Origin: Eledone cirrhosa
Taxonomy: Eukaryota
Direction: 5' to 3'
Assembly: GCA_964016885.1 (NCBI GenBank)
Contig: CAXHJY010000898.1
Coordinates: 248,001 to 312,000, forward strand
Length of the DNA: 64,000 bases
Made by a program: the position numbers and the translations under genes. This document shows, one piece after another, positions 1-10,400 of this stretch (its first letter is position 1; every line of letters begins with the position of its first letter). The notes under the pieces are model-generated. The model did not search any database and was not told where the DNA came from. It saw only the letters and a program-made list of their open reading frames with translations.

Positions 1-3000
1 CTTAGGATAGCTTAGGATAGCTTAGCTTAGGATAGCTTAGCTTAGCTTAGCTTAGGATAGCTTAGCTTAGCTTAGGATAGCTTAGCTTAGCTTAGCTTAG
101 GATAGCTTAGCTTAGGATAGCTTAGGAAAGCTTAGCTTAGCTTAGCTTAGCTTAGCTTAGCTTAGCTTAGCTTAGCTTAGGATAGCTTAGCTTAGCTTAG
201 GATAGTTTAGCTTAGCTTAGCTTAGGATAGCTTAGCTTAGCTTAGCTTAGGATAGCTTAGCTTAGCTTAGCTTAGGATAGCTTAGCTTAGCTTAGGATAG
301 CTTAGCTTAGCTTAGCTTAGGATAGCTTAGCTTAGCTTAGGATAGCTTAGCTCAGCTTAGCTTAGGATAGCTTAGCTTAGCTTAGCTTAGGATAGCTTAG
401 CTTAGGATAGCTTAGCTTAGCTTAGGATAGCTTAGCTTAGCTTAGCTTAGGATAGCTTAGCTTAGCTTAGCTTAGGATAGCTTAGCTTAGCTTAGCTTAG
501 TATAGCTTAGCTTAGCTTAGCTTAGGATAGCTTAGCTTAGCTTAGCTTAGGATAGCTTAGCTTAGCTTAGCTTAGGATAGCTTAGCTTAGCTTAGCTTAG
601 GATAGCTTAGCTTAGCTTAGCTTAGGATAGCTTAGCTTAGCTTGGCTTAGGATAGCTTAGCTTAGCTTGGCTTAGGATAGCTTAGCTTAGCTTAGCTTAG
701 GATAGCTTAGCTTAGCTTAGCTTAGCTTAGCTTAGCTTAGGATAGCTTAGCTTAGCTTAGCTTAGCTTAGGATAGCTTAGCTTAGCTTAGCTTAGCTTAG
801 GATAGCTTAGCTTAGCTTAGCTTAGCTTAGCTTAGGATAGCTTAGCTTAGCTTAGCTTAGGATAGCTTAGCTTAGTTTAGGATAGCTTAGCTTAGCTTAG
901 CTTAGGATAGCTTAGGATAGCTTAGCTTAGGATAGCTTAGGATAGCTTAGCTTAGGATAGCTTAGGATAGCTTAGGTTAGGATAGCTTAGCTTAGGATAG
1001 CTTAGGATAGCTTAGCTTAGGATAGCTTAGGATAGCTTAGCTTAGGATAGCTTAGGATAGCTTAGCTTAGAATAGCTTAGCTTAGGATAGCTTAGGAAAG
1101 CTTAGCTTAGCTTAGCTTAGGATAGCTTAGCTTAGCTTAGCTTAGGATAGCTTAGCTTAGCTTAGCTTAGGATAGCTTAGGATAGCTTAGCTTAGGATAG
1201 CTTAGGATAGCTTAGCTTTGGATAGCTTAGCTTAGGAGAGCTTAGCTTAGGATAGCTTAGGATAGCTTAGCTTAGGATAGCTTAGGATAGCTTAGCTTAG
1301 GATAGCTTAGCTTAGGATAGCTTAGGATAGCTTAGCTTAGCTTAGCTTAGGATAGCTTAGCTTAGCTTAGCTTAGCTTAGGATAGCTTAGCTTAGCTTAG
1401 CTTAGCTTAGGATAGCTTAGCTTAGCTTAGCTTAGGATAGCTTAGGATAGCTTAGCTTAGGATAGCTTAGGATAGCTTAGCTTAGGATAGCTTAGGATAG
1501 CTTAGCTTAGAATAGCTTAGGATAGCTTAGCTTAGGATAGCTTAGCTTAGGATAGCTTAGCTTAGCTTAGCTTAGGATAGCTTAGCTTAGGATAGCTTAG
1601 GATAGCTTAGCTTAGGATAGCTTAGCTAAGGATAGCTTAGGATAGCTTAGCTTAGCTTAGCTTAGGATAGCTTAGCTTAGCTTAGGATAGCTTAGCTTAG
1701 CTTAGGATAGCTTAGCTTAGCTTAGCTTAGGATAGCTTAGCTTAGCTTAGCTTAGGATAGCTTAGCTTAGCTTAGCTTAGGATAGCTTAGCTTAGCTTAG
1801 GATAGCTCAGCTTAGCTTAGCTTAGGAAAGCTTAGCTTAGCTTAGCTTAGGATAGCTTAGCTTAGGATAGCTTAGCTTAGGATAGCTTAGCTTAGGTTAG
1901 CTTAGCTTAGCTTAGCTTAGGATAGCTTAGGATAGCTTAGCTTAGGATAGCTTAGCTTAGCTTAGCTTAGGATAGCTTAGCTTAGCTTAGCTTAGGATAG
2001 CTTAGCTTAGCTTAGCTTAGGATAGCTTAGCTTAGGATAGCTTAGGATAGCTTAGCTTAGCTTAGCTTAGGATAGTTTAGCTTAGCTTAGCTTAGGATAG
2101 CTTAGCTTAGCTTAGGATAGCTTAGCTTAGCTTAGCTTAGGATAGCTTAGCTTAGCTTAGCTTAGGATAGCTTAGCTTAGGTTAGCTTAGGATAGCTTAG
2201 GATAGCTTAGCTTAGGATAGCTTAGGATAGCTTAGCTTAGGATAGCTTAGCTTAGGATAGCTTAGCTTAGGTTAGCTTAGCTTAGCTTAGCTTAGGATAG
2301 CTTAGGATAGCTTAGCTTAGGATAGCTTAGCTTAGCTTAGCTTAGGATAGCTTAGCTTAGGATAGCTTAGGATAGCTTAGCTTAGGATAGCTTAGCTTAG
2401 GATAGCTTAGCTTAGGATAGCTTAGGATAGCTTAGCTTAGCTTAGCTTAGGATAGCTTAGCTTAGCTTAGCTTAGGATAGCTTAGCTTAGGTTAGCTTAG
2501 CTTAGCTTAGCTTAGGATAGCTTAGCTTAGGATAGCTTAGGATAGCTTAGCTTAGGATAGCTTAGCTTAGGATAGCTTAGGATAGCTTAGCTTAGGATAG
2601 CTTAGAATAGCTTAGCTTAGGATAGCTTAGCTTAGGATAGCTTAGGATAGCTTAGCTTAGCTTAGCTTAGGATAGCTTAGCTTAGCTTAGCTTAGGATAG
2701 CTTAGCTTAGCTTAGCTTAGGATAGCTTAGCTTAGCTTAGCTTAGGATAGCTTAGGATAGCTTAGCTTAGGATAGCTTAGGATAGCTTAGGATAGCTTAG
2801 CTTAGCTTAGCTTAGGATAGCTTAGCTTAGCTTAGCTTAGGATAGCTTAGCTTAGCTTAGCTTAGGATAGCTTAGCTTAGCTTAGGATAGCTTAGCTTAG
2901 CTTAGCTTAGGATAGCTTAGCTTAGCTTAGCTTAGGATAGCTTAGCTTAGCTTAGGATAGCTTAGCTTAGCTTAGGATAGCTTAGCTTAGCTTAGCTTAG

Positions 3001-5019
3001 GATAGCTTAGCTTAGCTTAGCTTAGGATAGCTTAGCTTAGCTTAGCTTAGGATAGCTTAGCTTAGCTTAGCTTAGGATAGCTTAGCTTAGCTTAGCTTAG
3101 GATAGCTTAGCTTAGCTTAGCTTAGGATAGCTTAGCTTAGCTTAGCTTAGGATAGATTAGCTTAGCTTAGGATAGCTTAGCTTAGCTTAGCTTAGGAAAG
3201 CTTAGCTTAGCTTAGGATAGCTTAGCTTAGCTTAGCTTAGGAGAGCTTAGCTTAGCTTAGGATAGCTTAGCTTAGCTTAGCTTAGGATAGCTTAGCTTAG
3301 CTTAGCTTAGGTAGCTTAGCTTAGCTTAGCTTAGGATAGCTTAGCTTAGCTTAGCTTAGGATAGCTTAGGATAGCTTAGCTTAGGATAGCTTAGGATAGC
3401 TTACCTTAGGAGAGCTTAGCTTAGGATAGCTTAGCTTAGGATAGCTTAGGATAGCTTAGCTTAGGATAGCTTAGCTTAGGATAGCTTAGCTTAGGATAGC
3501 TTAGGATAGCTTAGCTTAGCTTAGCTTAGGATAGCTTAGCTTAGCTTAGCTTAGGATAGCTTAGCTTAGGTTAGCTTAGCTTAGCTTAGCTTAGGATAGC
3601 TTAGGATAGCTTAGCTTAGGATAGCTTAGGATAGCTTAGCTTAGGATAGCTTAGGATAGCTTAGCTTAGGATAGCTTAGCTTAGGATAGCTTAGGATTGC
3701 TTAGCTTAGGATAGCTTAGGATAGCTTAGCTTAGGATCGCTTAGGATAGCTTAGCTTAGCTTAGCTTAGGATAGCTTAGCTTAGCTTAGCTTAGGATAGC
3801 TTAGCTTAGCTTAGCTTAGGATAGCTTAGCTTAGCTTAGCTTAGGATAGCTTAGGATAGCTTAGCTTAGGATAGCTTAGGATAGCTTAGCTTAGGATAGC
3901 TTAGGATAGCTTAGCTTAGGATAGCTTAGCTTAGGATAGCTTAGCTTAGGATAGCTTAGGATAGCTTAGCTTAGGATAGCTTAGGATAGCTTAGCTTAGG
4001 ATAGCTTAGCTTAGGATAGCTTAGCTTAGGATAGCTTAGGATAGCTTAGCTTAGCTTAGCTTAGGATAGCTTAGCTTAGCTTAGCTTAGGATAGCTTAGC
4101 TTAGCTTAGCTTAGGATAGCTTAGCTTAGCTTAGCTTAGGATAGCTTAGGATAGCTTAGCTTAGGATAGCTTAGGATAGCTTAGCTTAGGTTAGCTTAGG
4201 ATAGCTTAGCTTAGGATAGATTAGCTTAGGATAGCTTAGCTTAGGATAGCTTAGGATAGCTTAGCTTAGGATAGCTTAGGATAGCTTAGCTTAGAATAGC
4301 TTAGCTTAGGATAGCTTAGGAAAGCTTAGCTTAGCTTAGCTTAGGATAGCTTAGCTTAGCTTAGCTTAGGATAGCTTAGCTTAGCTTAGCTTAGGATAGC
4401 TTAGGATAGCTTAGCTTAGGATAGCTTAGGATAGCTTAGCTTTGGATAGCTTAGCTTAGGAGAGCTTAGCTTAGGATAGCTTAGGATAGCTTAGCTTAGG
4501 ATAGCTTAGGATAGCTTAGCTTAGGATAGCTTAGCTTAGGATAGCTTAGGATAGCTTAGCTTAGCTTAGCTTAGGATAGCTTAGCTTAGCTTAGCTTAGG
4601 ATAGCTTAGCTTAGCTTAGCTTAGCTTAGGATAGCTTAGCTTAGCTTAGCTTAGGATAGCTTAGGATAGCTTAGCTTAGGATAGCTTAGGATAGCTTAGC
4701 TTAGGATAGCTTAGGATAGCTTAGCTTAGGATAGCTTAGCTTAGGATAGCTTAGCTTAGCTTAGCTTAGGATAGCTTAGCTTAGGATAGCTTAGGATAGC
4801 TTAGCTTAGGATAGCTTAGCTTAGGATAGCTTAGGATAGCTTAGCTTAGCTTAGCTTAGGATAGCTTAGCTTAGCTTAGCTTAGGATAGCTTAGCTTAGC
4901 TTAGGATAGCTTAGCTTAGCTTAGCTTAGGATAGCTTAGCTTAGCTTAGCTTAGGATAGCTTAGCTTAGCTTAGCTTAGGATAGCTTAGCTTAGCTTAGG
5001 ATAGCTCAGCTTAGCTTAG

Positions 5020-5600
5020 CTTAGGATAGCTTAGCTTAGGTTAGCTTAGGATAGCTTAGGATAGCTTAGGATAGCTTAGCTTAGCTTAGCTTAGGATAGC
5101 TTAGCTTAGCTTAGCTTAGGATAGCTTAGCTTAGCTTAGCTTAGGATAGCTTAGCTTAGCTTAGGATAGCTTAGCTTAGCTTAGCTTAGGATAGCTTAGC
5201 TTAGCTTAGGATAGCTTAGCTTAGCTTAGCTTAGGATAGCTTAGCTTTGCTTAGGATAGCTTAGCTTAGCTTAGCTTAGGATAGCTTAGCTTAGCTTAGC
5301 TTAGGATAGCTTAGCTTAGGTTAGCTTAGGATAGCTTAGGATAGCTTAGGATAGCTTAGCTTAGCTTAGCTTAGGATAGCTTAGCTTAGCTTAGCTTAGG
5401 ATAGCTTAGCTTAGCTTAGCTTAGGATAGATTAGCTTAGCTTAGGATAGCTTAGCTTAGCTTAGCTTAGGATAGCTTAGCTTAGCTTAGGATAGCTTAGC
5501 TTAGCTTAGCTTAGGATAGCTTAGCTTTGCTTAGGATAGCTTAGCTTAGCTTAGCTTAGGATAGCTTAGCTTAGCTTAGCTTAGGATAGCTTAGCTTAGC
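5020..5600 (+). repeat. ~280-bp tandem duplication inside the satellite
   Basis: GTTAG at 5040/5320 and CTTTG at 5245/5525, both offset 280. The homologous pair at 24944/25234 is offset 290. Confidence 0.8.
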
Positions 5601-7479
5601 TTAGCTTAGGATAGATTAGCTTAGCTTAGGATAGCTTAGCTTAGCTTAGCTTAGGAAAGCTTAGCTTAGCTTAGGATAGCTTAGCTTAGCTTAGCTTAGG
5701 AGAGCTTAGCTTAGCTTAGGATATCTTAGCTTAGCTTAGCTTAGGATAGCTTAGCTTAGCTTAGCTTAGGTAGCTTAGCTTAGCTTAGCTTAGGATAGCT
5801 TAGCTTAGCTTAGCTTAGCTTAGGATAGCTTAGCTTAGCTTAGCTTAGGATAGCTTAGCTTAGCTTAGCTTAGGATAGCTTAGGATAGCTTAGCTTAGGA
5901 TAGCTTAGGATAGCTTACCTTAGGAGAGCTTAGCTTAGGATAGCTTAGCTTAGGATAGCTTAGGATAGCTTAGCTTAGGATAGCTTAGCTTAGGATAGCT
6001 TAGCTTAGGATAGCTTAGGATAGCTTAGCTTAGCTTAGCTTAGGATAGCTTAGCTTAGCTTAGCTTAGGATAGCTTAGCTTAGGTTAGCTTAGCTTAGCT
6101 TAGCTTAGGATAGCTTAGCTTAGGATAGCTTAGGATAGCTTAGCTTAGGATAGCTTAGCTTAGGATAGCTTAGCTTAGCTTTGCTTAGGATAGCTTAGCT
6201 TAGCTTAGCTTAGGATAGCTTAGCTTAGCTTAGCTTAGGATAGCTTAGCTTAGCTTAGCTTAGGATAGCTTAGCTTAGCTTAGCTTAGGATAGCTTAGCT
6301 TAGGATAGCTTAGCTTAGCTTAGCTTAGGATCGCTTAGCTTAGCTTAGCTTAGGATAGCTTAGCTTAGCTTAGGATAGCTTAGCTTAGCTTAGCTTAGGA
6401 TAGCTTAGCTTAGCTTAGGATAGCTTAGGATAGCTTAGCTTAGGAGAGCTTAGCTTAGCTTAGCTTAGGATAGCTTAGCTTAGCTTAGCTTAGGATAGCT
6501 TAGCTTAACTTAGCTTAGGATAGCTTAGCTTAGCTTAACTTAGGATAGCTTAGCTTAGCTTAGCTTAGGATAGCTTAGCTTAGCTTAGCTTAGGATAGCT
6601 TAGCTTAGCTTAGCTTAGGATAGCTTAGGATAGCTTAGCTTAGGATAGCTTAGGATAGCTTACCTTAGGAGAGCTTAGCTTAGGATAGCTTAGCTTAGGA
6701 TAGCTTAGGATAGCTTAGCTTAGGATAGCTTAGCTTAGGATAGCTTAGCTTAGGATAGCTTAGGATAGCTTAGCTTAGCTTAGCTTAGGATAGCTTAGCT
6801 TAGCTTAGCTTAGGATAGCTTAGCTTAGCTTAGCTTAGGATAGCTTAGCTTAGCTTAGCTTAGGATAGCTTAGGATAGCTTAGCTTAGGATAGCTTAGGA
6901 TAGCTTAGCTTAGGATAGCTTAGCTTAGGATAGCTTAGCTTAGGATAGCTTAGGATAGCTTAGCTTAGGATAGCTTAGGATAGCTTAGCTTAGGATAGCT
7001 TAGCTTAGGATAGCTTAGGATAGCTTAGCTTAACTTAGCTTAGGATAGCTTAGCTTAGCTTAGCTTAGGATAGCTTAGCTTAGCTTAGCTTAGGATAGCT
7101 TAGCTTAGCTTAGCTTAGGATAGCTTAGGATAGCTTAGCTTAGGATAGCTTAGGATAGCTTAGCTTAGGATAGCTTAGCTTAGCTTAGCTTAGGATAGCT
7201 TAGCTTAGCTTAGCTTAGAATAGCTTAGCTTAGGATAGCTTAGCTTAGGATAGCTTAGCTTAGGATAGCTTAGCTTAGGATAGCTTAGGATAGCTTAGCT
7301 TAGGATAGCTTAGGATAGCTTAGCTTAGGATAGCTTAGCTTAGCTTAGCTTAGGATAGCTTAGCTTAGCTTAGGATAGCTTAGCTTAGCTTAGCTTAGGA
7401 TAGCTTAGCTTAGGATAGCTTAGGAAAGCTTAGCTTAGCTTAGCTTAGGATAGCTTAGCTTAGCTTAGCTTAGGATAGC

Positions 7480-10400
7480 TTAGCTTAGCTTAGGATAGCT
7501 TAGCTTAGCTTAGCTTAGGATAGCTTAGCTTAGCTTAGTTTAGGATAGCTTAGCTTAGCTTAGCTTAGGATAGCTTAGCTTGGCTTAGCTTAGGATAGCT
7601 TAGCTTAGCTTAGCTTAGGATAGCTTAGCTTAGGATAGCTTAGCTTAGCTTAGCTTAGGATAGCTTAGCTTAGCTTAGCTTAGGATAGCTTAGCTTAGGA
7701 TAGCTTAGCTTAGCTTAGCTTAGGATAGCTTAGCATAGCTTAGCTTAGGATAGCTTAGCTTAGCTTAGCTTAGGATAGCTTAGCTTAGCTTAGCTTAGGA
7801 TAGCTTAGCTTAGCTTAGCTTAGGATAGCTTAGCTTAGCTTAGCTTAGGATAGCTTAGCTTAGCTTAGCTTAGGATAGCTTAGCATAGCTTAGCTTAGGA
7901 TAGCTTAGCTTAGCTTAGCTTAGGATAGCTTAGCTTAGCTTAGGATAGCTTAGCTTAGCTTGGCTTAGGATAGCTTAGCTTAGCTTGGCTTAGGATAGCT
8001 TAGCTTAGCTTAGCTTAGGATAGCTTAGCTTAGGATAGCTTAGGATAGCTTAGCTTAGCTTAGCTTAGGATAGCTTAGCTTAGTTTAGGATAGCTTAGCT
8101 TAGCTTAGCTTAGGATAGCTTAGGATAGCTTAGCTTAGGATAGCTTAGGATAGCTTAGCTTAGGATAGCTTAGGATAGCTTAGCTTAGGATAGCTTAGGA
8201 TAGCTTAGGTTAGGATAGCTTAGCTTAGGATAGCTTAGGATAGCTTAGCTTAGGATAGCTTAGGATAGCTTAGCTTAGGATAGCTTAGGATAGCTTAGCT
8301 TAGGATAGCTTAGCTTAGGATAGCTTAGGAAAGCTTAGCTTAGCTTAGCTTAGGATAGCTTAGCTTAGCTTAGCTTAGGATAGCTTAGCTTAGCTTAGCT
8401 TAGGATAGCTTAGGATAGCTTAGCTTAGGATAGCTTAGGATAGCTTAGCTTAGGATAGCTTAGCTTAGGATAGCTTAGCTTAGGATAGCTTAGGATAGCT
8501 TAGCTTAGGATAGCTTAGGATAGCTTAGCTTAGGTAGCTTAGCTTAGGATAGCTTAGGATAGCTTAGCTTAGCTTAGCTTAGGATAGCTTAGCTTAGCTT
8601 AGGATAGCTTAGCTTAGCTTAGCTTAGCTTAGGATAGCTTAGCTTAGCTTAGGATAGCTTAGGATAGCTTAGCTTAGGATAGCTTAGGATAGCTTAGCTT
8701 AGGATAGCTTAGGATAGCTTAGCTTAGGATAGCTTAGGATAGCTTAGCTTAGGATAGCTTAGCTTAGGATAGCTTAGCTTAGCTTAGCTTAGGATAGCTT
8801 AGCTTAGGATAGCTTAGGATATCTTAGGTTAGGATAGCTTAGCTTAGGATAGCTTAGGATAGATTAGCTTAGCTTAGCTTAGGATAGCTTAGCTTAGCTT
8901 AGCTTAGGATAGCTTAGCTTAGCTTAGGATAGCTTAGCTTAGCTTAGCTTAGGATAGCTTAGCTTAGCTTAGCTTAGGATAGCTTAGCTTAGCTTAGGAT
9001 AGCTTAGCTTAGCTTAGCTTAGGATAGCTTAGCTTAGCTTAGCTTAGGATAGCTTAGCTTAGGATAGCTTAGCTTAGGATAGCTTAGCTTAGGTTAGCTT
9101 AGCTTAGCTTAGCTTAGGATAGCTTAGGATAGCTTAGCTTAGGATAACTTAGCTTAGCTTAGCTTAGGATAGCTTAGCTTAGCTTAGCTTAGGATAGCTT
9201 AGCTTAGCTTAGCTTAGGATAGCTTAGCTTAGGATAGCTTAGGATTGCTTAGCTTAGCTTAGCTTAGGATAGCTTAGCTTAGCTTAGCTTAGGATAGCTT
9301 AGCTTAGCTTAGGATAGCTTAGCTTAGCTTAGCTTAGGATAGCTTAGCTTAGCTTAGCTTAGGATAGCTTAGCTTAGCTTAGCTTAGGATAGCTTAGCAT
9401 AGCTTAGGATAGCTTAGCTTAGCTTAGCTTAGGATAGCTTAGCTTAGCTTAGGATAGCTTAGCTTAGCTTAGCTTAGGATAGCTTAGCTTAGCTTAGGAT
9501 AGCTTAGCTTAGCTTAGCTTAGGATAGCTTAGCTTAGCTTAGCTTAGGATAGCTTAGCTTAGCTTAGCTTAGGATAGCTTAGCTTAGCTTAGCTTAGGAT
9601 AGCTTAGCTTAGCTTAGCTTAGGATAGATTAGCTTAGCTTAGGATAGCTTAGCTTAGCTTAGGAAAGCTTAGCTTAGCTTAGGATAGCTTAGCTTAGCTT
9701 AGCTTAGGAGAGCTTAGCTTAGCTTAGCTTAGGATAGCTTAGCTTAGCTTAGGATAGCTTAGCTTAGCTTAGGTAGCTTAGCTTAGCTTAGCTTAGGATA
9801 GCTTAGCTTAGCTTAGCTTAGCTTAGGATAGCTTAGCTTAGCTTAGCTTAGGAGAGCTTAGCTTAGCTTAGCTTAGGATAGCTTAGGATAGCTTAGCTTA
9901 GGATAGCTTAGGATAGCTTACCTTAGGAGAGCTTAGCTTAGGATAGCTTAGCTTAGGATAGCTTAGGATAGCTTAGCTTAGGATAGCTTAGCTTAGGATA
10001 GCTTAGCTTAGGATAGCTTAGGATAGCTTAGCTTAGCTTAGCTTAGGATAGCTTAGCTTAGCTTAGCTTAGGATAGCTTAGCTTAGGTTAGCTTAGCTTA
10101 GCTTAGCTTAGCTTAGGATAGCTTAGCTTAGGATAGCTTAGGATAGCTTAGGATAGCTTAGCTTAGGATAGCTTAGCTTAGGATAGCTTAGGATAGCTTA
10201 GCTTAGGATAGCTTAGGATAGCTTAGCTTAGGATAGCTTAGCTTAGGATAGCTTAGGATAGCTTAGCTTAGCTTAGCTTAGGATAGCTTAGCTTAGCTTA
10301 GCTTAGGATAGCTTAGCTTAGCTTAGGATTGCTTAGCTTAGCTTAGCTTAGGATAGCTTAGGATAGCTTAGCTTAGGATAGCTTAGCTTAGGATAGCTTA

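Noticed and set aside
972-981. TTAGGTTAGG as a canonical arthropod telomere tract or G-quadruplex seed
   Set aside because: It never exceeds two tandem copies and arises from a single CTTAG-to-GTTAG variant in cassette B. GGG occurs only at a few variant sites.
1626-1630. CTAAG units (also near 21830, 30318, 36920, 60074) as inversion points
   Set aside because: They are single T-to-A substitutions; the flanks stay in the same orientation and register.
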